A stretch of 64,000 nucleotides of DNA from Gemmatimonadota bacterium (GTDB lineage Bacteria > Gemmatimonadota > Gemmatimonadetes > Longimicrobiales > RSA9). The translations under genes were made by a program, and so were the position numbers. The DNA is taken from NCBI GenBank assembly GCA_037388885.1, contig JARRJS010000003.1:4422-68421 (forward strand). The letters run 5' to 3'. Of the stretch, positions 9,104 through 18,235 are shown piece by piece (position 1 is the first letter of the stretch; each line of letters starts with the position of its first letter). The notes below the pieces were generated by a model. It was not told where the DNA came from and searched no databases. It was given only the letters and a program-made list of their open reading frames with translations.

Positions 9104-11412
9104 TCGAGCCCCACGGTGATGATGAGCGGGAGCTGGTGCGTCTCGGAAACGCGTGACCCGTCGGCGTACTGCTTGGCGGACGCGACGTTGCCGATGTCGG
9201 CGACGTTGATGAGCTGGACGTACGGCCACAGCTCGGTGCGCCGGCCGAAGATCTGGCGTTCGACGTGGGTGCGGCCGCCCAGATCCACGCGCAGGTAAGG
9301 CGGCAGGCGAGCGCTGTTCAGTGGCGCCAGCAGCGTTGTGGCGCTGGCCGGGGTGCTTGATATTCCGCCGATGCCCGGCACAAAGAGGAAGTCGTACATG
9401 ACGCCGTCTGCCGGCGTGTAGGGCTGGCCGGTGCCGAACGTTGCCCGCCCGCTGATGCGGATCTGCTCGGTGACGGGCACGACCGCCATGAGGTCCGCCA
9501 TGTGCCGGCGCTCGAAGCGCGGCGTGTAGCGTATGCCGTCCACCTCCCGGTACGTGTCCAGGAACGCGTACGACAGCCAAACGCCGCCACGGTCCCGCAC
9601 GTGCCGCACGCTCAGCTCGAGCCCCCGCGCGCGGCCGCTGGCCGGCAGGATCGAGTCGGTGATGAGCACGGCAGTGCCGTGGGGGTCGGCGGGCAGCGGC
9701 GCCACCGAGAGGCGGTCCATGCGCTTCGTGTAGGCGTCCACGCGCACCGACGTCCGCCCGCCCTGCCAGCTCAGGCTGGCGACGGCGTCCTCCGCCTCCG
9801 CCACGCCCACCGCCACCGGCGCCGGGCGCAGCAGGTCGTAGGCCATGTAATTGGTGGCCACGGCCTCCTCGTTCCGGATGCTGTGCAGCGCCTGGCCATA
9901 GCGGCCGCCGCCGGCGGACAGCTCGAAGCCGGCGGGGAGCCGGACGCGGGCGGCGACGCGGGGGCCGACGACGCGGCCGACGCGGCCGGCATCCAGGACC
10001 CGGACACCGGCCCGGAGCGCCAGCCCGGCCACGGGTTCCCACTCGTCCTCGATCCAGGCGGCCGTCGTGGAAGGGCTCTCGTGCACCACCAGCCGCGGCA
10101 GGTACTCCTCGTACAACCCCTCCGGCGGATCGTCGACGCGGTCCGAGTCGTAGTCCATGCGGTAGGCGTCACGCTGCGCGCCCGCGTGGACGAGGTGCCG
10201 GCGGGCATGAAGCGTCAGCTCGAGGGAGGCGAACGCGTCGCCCATGTCGCCGTCCGCGCGGCTGGTCTGCACCAGGTTGGATGCGGTCGCGTCGCGCCAG
10301 CGCGTGGACAGGCCGGAGACGAAGCCCGTGTAGCCGACGCGCGTCTCGGCCACCACGGCGGCGCCGATGGGCTGCCGCCATGTCAGTGCCGCCACGCGCG
10401 AGCCCCAGCCCCAACGGTAGCGGATGTGGCGCGAGAAGGTGCGTCCGATGGACAGCCAGTCGTGGTCGGCGAACACGAGGAGGTCGACGCCGCCGTAGCG
10501 GCCAAGGTCGTGTGTCGCCGTGAGCAGGAAGTCCCGGAACTCGGGCGTGATCGACTGCGGCAGCATGCCGCCCTGCCCGCCTGCTGCCGTAAAGCCGCCG
10601 CCCGTAAAGCCCACGTATGTCTGTCGCGCGGAGACCAAGAAGCTGCCATTGCCGCCCGGGAGCGGGCCGTCCACCTCGGCATGCGACGACATGAGCCCGA
10701 ATGCGCCCCGACCGTGATAACCGCCTCGACCACCCTTGCGCGTGCGCATGTTCACGACGCTCGAAAGCCGGTCCCCGACCCGCGCCGGCATGGCGCCGGG
10801 CAGCACGTCCACGGACTCGATGGCGTCGCCCGCGAACGCGCCGAACAGGCCGCCGATGTGGTACGGGTTGAAGACCGGCACACCGTCCAGCGTGACCAGC
10901 GTCTGGTCCGGGGCACCGCCGCGGACATAGAGAGCGCTCGAGTAGTCGGACACGGGCGTCACGGACGGGGTGATCTGGGCCGCCCGCAACGCGTCCACCT
11001 CCACCAGGGCCGGCACCAGGCGGAGCGTCTCGCCCGCCAGGCGCACCGAGCCGGGGGCGGCGATGGCGTCGGTGCGGGGTGCCGCACGCACGTACAGGGC
11101 GCCGAGGCCCACCGGCTCGGGGTGAAGGGAGAAGTCGATCTGCGCGGCGTCCCCGTCGCCCAGGTCCACGTCCTGCTGGGTAGCGGCGTAGCCCAGGGCG
11201 CTGGCACGGATCCGCCACCGCCCGGCCGGTAGCCCGGCCAGAATGTAGTAGCCGCCCGCGTCGGCCGATACGCGCCAGTCGGTGCCCACCACCTCCACCG
11301 TTGCATACGCGATAGGGTCGCCGGTGGAATCGGCACGAACGGCGCCGCGCACGAGGGCCGCGTCGGCGGGTGGCGAGGCCAGGACGAAGAGGAGGAGGAT
11401 TCCGTGCAGCAC
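9091..11412 (-). CDS. TonB-dependent outer-membrane receptor with N-terminal CarboxypepD_reg domain
   Basis: The GTG start has GGAGG 8 nt upstream. A signal peptide is followed by VRGAVRADSTGDPIAYATVEVVG...GYYILAGLPAGRWRIRASALGY (carboxypeptidase regulatory-like fold), then a plug region and a long beta-barrel ending in an aromatic residue (...GLEWAF). Confidence 0.9.
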   Translation of the reverse strand: MLHGILLLFVLASPPADAALVRGAVRADSTGDPIAYATVEVVGTDWRVSADAGGYYILAGLPAGRWRIRASALGYAATQQDVDLGDGDAAQIDFSLHPEPVGLGALYVRAAPRTDAIAAPGSVRLAGETLRLVPALVEVDALRAAQITPSVTPVSDYSSALYVRGGAPDQTLVTLDGVPVFNPYHIGGLFGAFAGDAIESVDVLPGAMPARVGDRLSSVVNMRTRKGGRGGYHGRGAFGLMSSHAEVDGPLPGGNGSFLVSARQTYVGFTGGGFTAAGGQGGMLPQSITPEFRDFLLTATHDLGRYGGVDLLVFADHDWLSIGRTFSRHIRYRWGWGSRVAALTWRQPIGAAVVAETRVGYTGFVSGLSTRWRDATASNLVQTSRADGDMGDAFASLELTLHARRHLVHAGAQRDAYRMDYDSDRVDDPPEGLYEEYLPRLVVHESPSTTAAWIEDEWEPVAGLALRAGVRVLDAGRVGRVVGPRVAARVRLPAGFELSAGGGRYGQALHSIRNEEAVATNYMAYDLLRPAPVAVGVAEAEDAVASLSWQGGRTSVRVDAYTKRMDRLSVAPLPADPHGTAVLITDSILPASGRARGLELSVRHVRDRGGVWLSYAFLDTYREVDGIRYTPRFERRHMADLMAVVPVTEQIRISGRATFGTGQPYTPADGVMYDFLFVPGIGGISSTPASATTLLAPLNSARLPPYLRVDLGGRTHVERQIFGRRTELWPYVQLINVADIGNVASAKQYADGSRVSETHQLPLIITVGLEWAF

Positions 11413-11630
11413 GGCGCGACCTCCGGTTGCGGTCCTCCCCGGGCGGTCGCCGGGAGGGTAGAGAGATCAACGGTACATCGACCCCGGGCAGGCCCGCAAG
11501 CTTCACCGTCTGACGGGCTGGCAGCGCTCCGGTACGGGAGTTCCGCGTCTGCGTGCCGTCGACTCTCGCTTGCGCCTACGGATCGCCCGGGTCGGGAAGG
11601 CCCGGGGCTCCGTTGGCCGCCGGCGGCCGA

Positions 11631-12104
11631 TCATGCCGAAGGCGCGTACTCGATCGGCAGGCTCATCGTAATCGCCTGGAGCTTCCGCATCGTCTCGATG
11701 TAGCGGCCGAAGTAGATGGCGGAAAGCCGCGTCTGGAGTGCGTAGCCCATCCGTACGTCCCGGTCCATCAGGTCCTTCAGGGCGGCGCTCTCGATCCTGA
11801 GAAGCTCGGAGTCCTTGGCACACTGCGCCGTCAGCGTGTACGCGTCTCGTTGAAAGCACGCGCAGGAGCCGAACATATCCCCCGGTCCCAGCTGATCGAT
11901 CAGGACGGTGAAGCCACCTGTGCCGGGCAGATGGAGCGTCACCTCGCCGTCGAGCACGGTGTAAAGATGATTGGCCTTCGCGCCCCGCTGGTACACCATC
12001 GCGCCGGCAGGGAACCGCACCCGCTCGGCTCGCTCGCTGATGGCGTGGACCTGCTCCGGGCGCAGGAAACTGAACACGTCGTGGGCAACGAGTCGTTCCG
12101 ACAT
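11631..12104 (-). CDS. Stand-alone cyclic-nucleotide-binding-domain protein
   Basis: The protein is 157 aa. The pattern F.FL.PEQV..I...AERVRFPAGAMVYQRGAKANHLYTVLDGEVTL...GPGDMFG is typical of cNMP-binding/Crp N-terminal domains. No HTH is present. The canonical R-[ST]-A phosphate-binding motif is not obvious. Confidence 0.7.
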   Translation of the reverse strand: MSERLVAHDVFSFLRPEQVHAISERAERVRFPAGAMVYQRGAKANHLYTVLDGEVTLHLPGTGGFTVLIDQLGPGDMFGSCACFQRDAYTLTAQCAKDSELLRIESAALKDLMDRDVRMGYALQTRLSAIYFGRYIETMRKLQAITMSLPIEYAPSA

Positions 12105-12390
12105 GGTCGTCCTCCTTGGGTGGCGTCACTGCACAGGACGGCATCGGATTCCGGGGCCGAGACCGGGCGTTGCACCGGATCCGTGGATGCGGTCGCCTGC
12201 AACACGCTTCCATCGAACCGCACCGCGATCTGGGGATCGCCCTCGACCATGAGGTGGGAGTCTCGCCCCAATACATCATACGCGAGTGGTCAGACTGGAG
12301 GAAGAGGGGGCGGAGCGGGCCCCCGGTCCTTCGTTCAGAAAGAGCGCCCTGGGCGGGGCCGCCCCCGCGTTGTTTGAAGCCTGGAAACGT

Positions 12391-13515
12391 TCAGACCGAT
12401 ATGCGCTCGTGGCGCACGGTGAGGTCATCCAGCCGGTCCAGGTCAACGTCCACACCGAGTCCCGCGCGGTCCAGCGGCACCTCCATGGTGCCGTCGCCGG
12501 TCATCGTCCACTCGGGCGTTACGATGTCGCGATCCCAGTACCGGGCGCTCGGCGAAAGATCGCCCGGAAGCTGGAAGTTGGGGAGGGAGGCCAACGCCAC
12601 GTTGTACGCGCGGCCGATGCCGCTTTCCAGCATGCCGCCGCACCAGACCGGCAGACCCGCCCGTTCGCAGATGTCATGGATCTCGTTGGACGCGCTGAAG
12701 CCGCCCACGCGACCCGGCTTGATGTTGATGATCCGTCCGCTACCCAGGGTGATCATGTCTTCCGCGTGCCTCGGGGAGTCGATGGACTCGTCCAGGCAGA
12801 GCGGCGTGCGCAGACGCTTCTGGAGCGCCGCGTGGCGGACCAGGTCAGAACGGTCGAGCGGCTGCTCGATCATCATCAGCTCCAGCTCGTCCAGCCGCGC
12901 CAGCACGTCCGCACGGTCCAGGGCATACGCCGAGTTGGCATCCACCATGAGCGGCGCGTCCGGACCCAGCGCCTCCCGCACCGCCGCCGCGGTCTCGTAG
13001 TCGGCGCCCGGCTTGATCTTCATCTTGACCTTGCGGTAGCCCTGCGCCAACGCCTCGCGGGCACGCTCCACCAGCGCGGCCGGACTGGCCTGGATACCCA
13101 AAGAGATACCCACGGGCACGCGCGTGCGCGTGCCGCCCAGCAGGCGCGCCAGGGGCAGCTCGCGCAGCGTCGCCGCCAGCGCCCAAAGGCCCATCTCGAC
13201 GGCCGCCTTCGCCATCTGGTGACCCCGGAAATCCTGCTCCAACACCGCCCGTACATCGCCCGGCTCCTCGAAGGTGCGACGCAACACCCGCGGCGCTACC
13301 CACGACTTGATGGCCAGCCATGCGGTGTCGATTGTCTCCGGGCTGTAATTCGGCGCCTCGCCCGCCACGCACTCCGACCAGCACGACACACCGTCAGGGT
13401 GCACCAGCTCCAGGATCAGGATCCGACGATCTTTCACCATCCCCGACGAAATCTCAAACCGTTCCTTCAACGGCAGCGCAATCTCCCTCAGGATCAACTC
13501 GTCGACCCTCAACAT
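12391..13515 (-). CDS. Enolase-superfamily MLE-subgroup enzyme: N-acyl(succinyl)amino-acid racemase / o-succinylbenzoate synthase family
   Basis: The full catalytic set is visible: KxK (YRKVKMKIKPG), metal ligands (MVDANSAY, MMIEQPL, LCLDESI) and the second Lys (INIKPGRVGG). There is no signal peptide, and no other men genes are in the window. Confidence 0.85.
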   Translation of the reverse strand: MLRVDELILREIALPLKERFEISSGMVKDRRILILELVHPDGVSCWSECVAGEAPNYSPETIDTAWLAIKSWVAPRVLRRTFEEPGDVRAVLEQDFRGHQMAKAAVEMGLWALAATLRELPLARLLGGTRTRVPVGISLGIQASPAALVERAREALAQGYRKVKMKIKPGADYETAAAVREALGPDAPLMVDANSAYALDRADVLARLDELELMMIEQPLDRSDLVRHAALQKRLRTPLCLDESIDSPRHAEDMITLGSGRIINIKPGRVGGFSASNEIHDICERAGLPVWCGGMLESGIGRAYNVALASLPNFQLPGDLSPSARYWDRDIVTPEWTMTGDGTMEVPLDRAGLGVDVDLDRLDDLTVRHERISV

Positions 13516-13646
13516 CCGTCCGCCTCCAGTCCAACTGTGTCAGTACGATGCGCGACCTCGTCGCCAGCCGCCGCCCTCCGGGCGGAACGGAGGCGCCTGT
13601 CGCGGGAATCCTTGCACGAATGAGCGGCACTCATTAATGTAGCCCT

Positions 13647-13658
13647 AAGTGTATACAA
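13647..13658. promoter_or_regulatory. Candidate operator AAGTGTATACAA (palindromic core TGTATACA) in the divergent racemase/susC promoter region
   Basis: The exact reverse complement recurs at 28652..28663, upstream of the GNAT gene and next to the GntR gene. Both copies sit in locally AT-rich intergenic DNA. Confidence 0.45.
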
Positions 13659-13800
13659 AACTCCATGCAGCATGGTGTGCGATGCACGCCGCAATCATAC
13701 ATGGCACGTGCCGCGGGGATCAAGTATCTGGATGTCCGCGACCAGGTCCGACGTCGGTTTCTGTGTGGTTCGAGGTCGTAACAGCTGATGGAGGGATGCT

Positions 13801-16800
13801 ATGCGGCAGGAAGCCCTAGCCAGCTTCAAGCGACGGGGGATGGTGTGTCGTTCCCGAGGAGTTGCGCTGGCTCTGACCATTGGTTTGCTGGTAGTGAGTG
13901 TCGTCCCCGTGCAGGCACAGACCGGGGCGATCGGCGGGACTGTCGTAGCGGGGAAGACGTTACGTCCTCTGGCCGGGGCCCAGGTGGTACTGATGGGCAC
14001 CAAGAGGGGGACTCTAACGGACTCGAATGGTCGGTTTCTGATTCCGGGTGTGGCCGGGACCACGGCAAGGCTGCAGGTGGTCATGATCGGTTACAAGACG
14101 GAAACACTGACGGTGCCGGTGGGAAAGCTGGACATCGAGGTCAGCATGCAGGTGGCGGCGGTTGCGTTGAATCGGATCGTGGTCACAGGGCAACCGGGTG
14201 GAGCGCGCGCTAAGTCCATCGGAAACTCGGTGGACGTCGTCGATGCTGCAACGGTGGCTTCGACGCAGCCGGTGAACAATGTGCAGGACATGCTGGATGC
14301 ACGGGCACCGGCGGTTTCAATCATGCGCGGCACCGGCATGGTCGGGGCGGGCTCCCGTATCAGGATCCGCGGGATCACGAGTTTCTCGCTGTCGGGCAAT
14401 CCACTCATCTACGTGGACGGCATCCGTGTGGACAACGAGTCGAACAGCGGGATTTCCATCCAGGCATTCGGCTCGGCGGTTGTCTCACGACTGAATGACT
14501 TCGACCCGGCCCAGATCGAGAGCATCCAGGTCTTGAAAGGGGCGGCGGCGACAACGTTGTTCGGAACCGAGGCGGCGCGTGGTGTGATCAACATCATCAC
14601 GAAGAAGGGCGCCCCCGGGGCGACGACGTACAACTTCACGATCAAACAGGGGGCCAACTGGTTCTCTAATCCAGAAGGTCGGATGCCGACAAACTACTGG
14701 CGGGATCCGTCGGGCAACATGGTCGCGCTGTCGTTCGCCGATCTTCAGAAGCTCTACGGCCGGAACATCTTCCGTACGGGGGGGCTCCAAACGTATGACG
14801 CGAATGTGAGCGGCGGTTCCGAGGTCCTGCGTTATTTCGTCGCAGGCGACCTCACTCAGAACCAGGGCGCCGAGCCGAACAATTTCAAGAATCAGTTCAG
14901 TGGCCGGGTGAATCTCGACATCCAGCCGTCGTCCAAGATCCACATTACGACGAGCGCGGGCTATGTGAACAGCCGAACGGAGTTGAGCTGTGAGGCGGGT
15001 TGCGGCGGCGCCATGTGGGACGCGACCTACTCGACACCGGCGCACTTGCCGCAATACGAGTGTGCGGCCACGGGCAACGCCTACGGCTGTGGCTTCCAGC
15101 TTGGATTCCGCAGCTGGACGCCGGAAGCAGAGCGGGCGATGCTGGACTACCAGATGGTGCACCGCTTCACCGGCAGCGTGAACCTGGAGTGGAAGCCGTT
15201 CAAGTGGATGACGCACCGATTGGTGGTGGGAACCGACTTAACGGAGGAGAAGAACCCGGAGCACCTGCCGTATCTGACGAACGATACGCTCATCTACTTC
15301 TGGGGGCCATACTACAGCAAGGGCTACACGTGGGAAAACCTGACCACGCACGTGTATCGCACGTTCGATTACGCAGGCACGGTGGATTTCGATGTCAACC
15401 CGCACGTGAACTCCTCCACATCCTTCGGTCTGCAGTACTACACGAAGCACATGGAATTCCTGCAGGCGGAGGGCGACCAGTTCTCGGCGCCGGGCCTGTC
15501 GACGATCAACGCGACAGCGACACAGGTGGGCGTGCACGGCGACTACGAGGACAATTTCACGCTGGGGATGTACGGCCAGGAACAGGTGGCGTTGAACGAC
15601 CGGCTGTTCCTGACGGCCGCCGTTCGCGTGGACAACAACTCTGCATTCGGCTCGGACTTCCAATGGGTCGTCTACCCCAAAGCAAGCCTGTCCTGGGTAC
15701 TGAATGAAGAGCCTGCAGTACGGAGGCGCATGCCGGATTGGATCGACGCATTCAAACTGCGGATGGCGTACGGAGAGTCCGGCCAGCAGCCACAGGCTTT
15801 CTCGGCCCTGCGGACGTACGAGCCCGTCACCGGGAGCCAGGATCGGCCAGCGATCACGCCCCAGGCCGTCGGCAATCCGAATCTGGGTCCGGAGCGCGTG
15901 AAGGAGATCGAAGCGGGCTTTGATGCGGGTCTGTTCAACGACCGGGTCGGCGCCGAGTTCACGTACTTCCACAACCGCACCGTGGACGGGATCCTTCTCC
16001 GTCCCGTACCCCCTTCCAGCGGGTTCCCCGGTTCGCAGTATGTGAACGCGGGTGAAATCACCGGCCATGGCATCGAAGTGACGGTGCACGGCTCAGTGCT
16101 GAACCTCAAGAACTTCGGCTGGGACCTGGCCTTCAACGTGTCGACCAACCACACGAAGGTGACGAAGCTGTATGGCAACGACACGACCATCGTGACGGGC
16201 AGCACACAGTACAAGCTGGGCTACCCGGCCAACGCATGGTTCCGGGAACGCGCCGTGAGCGCGACGTACGACCCGACGACGGGCCGCGCAACCAACATCA
16301 TGTGTGATGACGGCAACGGCGGGACGACCCCGTGTTACGGTCCGAATGGGGAGGTGCTCGCGCCGCGCGTGTACATGGGCAACACCCAGCCGACGACCAC
16401 CGGTGGAATCACGTCGACGTTCATGATCTTTTCCAGGCTACAGCTGAACACGGTGGTCGATTTCAGCCTGGGCAACAGGAAGTGGGACAACAACCTGCGG
16501 GTGCGTTGCCAGATCTTCCTGACCTGCCTCGAAAACATGAACCCGGAACAATATGATCCTGCCCTGATCGCGGGGATTCAGAGCAACGACATCCTGAACC
16601 AGTGGATCATCAACGACGCGAGCTTTGCCAAGCTCCGGGAAGTGTCCCTGCGGTATACGATGCCGGCTTCCTTCGCGCAAAAGATCGGTGCCAAACGGGC
16701 GTCCATCACCATCGCCGGCCGCAACCTGCATACGTGGTCGAAATGGACGGGGCTGGATCCGGAAAACATGTTCCTGGGCGGGCCTACGTTCCTGGAACAG

Positions 16801-16854
16801 GACAATCTTCCGCAGCTTATGCAGTTCGTGACCACCATCAATGTCAGCTTTTAG
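13801..16854 (+). CDS. SusC/RagA-family TonB-linked outer-membrane transporter
   Basis: GGAGG lies upstream of the ATG. A signal peptide is followed by a CarboxypepD_reg domain (GAIGGTVVAGKTLRPLAGAQVVLMGTKRGTLTDSNGRFLIPGV). The plug carries the GVINIITKKG signature. The barrel is about 1000 aa and ends ...TINVSF. A SusD-like gene follows immediately. Confidence 0.92.
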   Translation: MRQEALASFKRRGMVCRSRGVALALTIGLLVVSVVPVQAQTGAIGGTVVAGKTLRPLAGAQVVLMGTKRGTLTDSNGRFLIPGVAGTTARLQVVMIGYKTETLTVPVGKLDIEVSMQVAAVALNRIVVTGQPGGARAKSIGNSVDVVDAATVASTQPVNNVQDMLDARAPAVSIMRGTGMVGAGSRIRIRGITSFSLSGNPLIYVDGIRVDNESNSGISIQAFGSAVVSRLNDFDPAQIESIQVLKGAAATTLFGTEAARGVINIITKKGAPGATTYNFTIKQGANWFSNPEGRMPTNYWRDPSGNMVALSFADLQKLYGRNIFRTGGLQTYDANVSGGSEVLRYFVAGDLTQNQGAEPNNFKNQFSGRVNLDIQPSSKIHITTSAGYVNSRTELSCEAGCGGAMWDATYSTPAHLPQYECAATGNAYGCGFQLGFRSWTPEAERAMLDYQMVHRFTGSVNLEWKPFKWMTHRLVVGTDLTEEKNPEHLPYLTNDTLIYFWGPYYSKGYTWENLTTHVYRTFDYAGTVDFDVNPHVNSSTSFGLQYYTKHMEFLQAEGDQFSAPGLSTINATATQVGVHGDYEDNFTLGMYGQEQVALNDRLFLTAAVRVDNNSAFGSDFQWVVYPKASLSWVLNEEPAVRRRMPDWIDAFKLRMAYGESGQQPQAFSALRTYEPVTGSQDRPAITPQAVGNPNLGPERVKEIEAGFDAGLFNDRVGAEFTYFHNRTVDGILLRPVPPSSGFPGSQYVNAGEITGHGIEVTVHGSVLNLKNFGWDLAFNVSTNHTKVTKLYGNDTTIVTGSTQYKLGYPANAWFRERAVSATYDPTTGRATNIMCDDGNGGTTPCYGPNGEVLAPRVYMGNTQPTTTGGITSTFMIFSRLQLNTVVDFSLGNRKWDNNLRVRCQIFLTCLENMNPEQYDPALIAGIQSNDILNQWIINDASFAKLREVSLRYTMPASFAQKIGAKRASITIAGRNLHTWSKWTGLDPENMFLGGPTFLEQDNLPQLMQFVTTINVSF

Positions 16855-16869
16855 ACCGGGAGCGCCAAC

Positions 16870-18156
16870 ATGATTACGAGGATGAAGAAGTGCGGCGCAT
16901 TCGGCAAAGCCGGCCGGGACCTTGCGATCCTGTTCCTGAGCATGTCGGTGTTGGCGGCTTGCGACACGAGTCGCTTCCTGAATGTCACCGCGCCGAGCCG
17001 GCTGCCGGCGGCCGATTTGGAATCGCCTTCGAACGCACCGCTTCTGGTCGACGGCGCCGTGGAGGACTTTGGCTGCGCGTTCGCATCCGTGGTGCTCGTG
17101 GAGGCGATCGTGAGTGATGAGTTCTCCGACGCGCAGCTGGGCGCGGCGGCCTGGCCGTACGACCGCCGGGATGCGAATACGCAACCGAGCGGCATCTACG
17201 GCACCAGCGGCTGCGACAGCAACCAGAATCCGGGCGTGTACCGGCCCCTGTCCACGGCACGTTTCTCAGCCGACAACGCCCTGAAGCTGCTACAGGGCTG
17301 GACCGACGCGGAGGTGCCGAAGCGGGACTCGCTGATAGCCGTGGCGGCCCTGTATTCAGCGTACAGCTACACATGGCTCGGCATGACCATGTGCAACGCG
17401 GCTATTGACGAGGGTCCGGAGATCGGCCAGCAGGATTTGTTCGCCCTGGCGGAGGACAAGTTCAACCTGGCGATCCAGGAAGGAGGGACGGCCGGGCTCA
17501 CCGACCTTGTCAACGCGGCCTACGTCGGCCGGGCCCGGGTCCGTTTGTTCCAGGGCGACATGAGCGGGGCGATCAGCGACGCCCAGCAGGTGCCTGCCGG
17601 CTTCGTCTACAATGCCGATTACTCGAGCGCCAACAACCGTCGCTACAACCGGGTCTTTGCATCCAACGTGCAGTACCGGATGTACTCCGTGGAGGACCAG
17701 GACCGCGCCTTGATGACGGCAGGCGTCGTGGACCCGCGGACGGTAGCGCAGGATTCGCACCAGGCGGGTGCCGACGGCAGCGACGTCTGGGTTCAGACGA
17801 AGTATACCAGCTTCTCGAGCCCGATTCCCATTGCCAAATACGAAGAGGCACAGCTCATCCTGGCAGAGGCCGAAGGCGGCCAGGCGGCGGTGGCCATCAT
17901 CAACGGGCTGCGTGACGAAGTCGGTCTGCCGCATTTCCAGAGCACGGATCCTCAGGCGATCATGAACCAGGTGATCGATGAGCGTCGCAAGGTCTTGTTC
18001 GTGGAAGGGCAGCGCCAGTACGACATCGAGCGATTCAATCTGCCACAGGTCCCCGCGCCGGGTACGGCGTACCCGGTCAAGGGTGGCACGTATGGCAACA
18101 CGACGTGCTTCCCGCTTCCCAATGTGGAGCGCTTCAACAATCCGAACATTCCTTGA
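16870..18156 (+). CDS. SusD/RagB-family nutrient-binding outer-membrane lipoprotein
   Basis: The gene starts 15 nt after susC. It has lipobox LAAC and an alpha-helical TPR-like composition. The C-terminal region (EEAQLILAEAEGG...ERRKVLFVEGQRQYDIERF) is typical of SusD-like proteins. Confidence 0.88.
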   Translation: MITRMKKCGAFGKAGRDLAILFLSMSVLAACDTSRFLNVTAPSRLPAADLESPSNAPLLVDGAVEDFGCAFASVVLVEAIVSDEFSDAQLGAAAWPYDRRDANTQPSGIYGTSGCDSNQNPGVYRPLSTARFSADNALKLLQGWTDAEVPKRDSLIAVAALYSAYSYTWLGMTMCNAAIDEGPEIGQQDLFALAEDKFNLAIQEGGTAGLTDLVNAAYVGRARVRLFQGDMSGAISDAQQVPAGFVYNADYSSANNRRYNRVFASNVQYRMYSVEDQDRALMTAGVVDPRTVAQDSHQAGADGSDVWVQTKYTSFSSPIPIAKYEEAQLILAEAEGGQAAVAIINGLRDEVGLPHFQSTDPQAIMNQVIDERRKVLFVEGQRQYDIERFNLPQVPAPGTAYPVKGGTYGNTTCFPLPNVERFNNPNIP

Positions 18157-18164
18157 CTTGTGAC

Positions 18165-18195
18165 CAGCCCCGGAGCCGAATCGGCTCCGGGGCTG
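18165..18195 (+). terminator. Strong GC-rich hairpin after susD (candidate intrinsic terminator/attenuator)
   Basis: CAGCCCCGGAGCC-gaatc-GGCTCCGGGGCTG forms a 13-14 bp perfect stem followed by TTGTGTATCTC. It lies 9 nt after the susD stop and 40 nt before the next start. Confidence 0.65.
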
Positions 18196-18235
18196 TTGTG
18201 TATCTCGGTCACAGGTGCATCCGGGCGCCACCAAA

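Noticed and set aside
6935-9298. 787-aa plus-strand ORF
   Set aside because: It spans the kinase start, the membrane-protein gene (in a different frame) and the antisense of the lipoprotein and receptor genes. The composition is Arg/Gly/Ala-rich with no motifs.
9104-10042. N-terminal 313 aa of track ORF 8027..10042
   Set aside because: This Arg/Pro/Gly-rich segment overlaps the TonB-dependent receptor gene in another frame. The real lipoprotein starts at ATG 9103 with a signal peptide and lipobox.
12340-12375. GC hairpin GCGGGG-ccgc-CCCCGC just after the racemase stop as a terminator
   Set aside because: The stem is only 6 bp and lacks a convincing U-tract on the transcribed (minus) strand. 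It is too weak to call.
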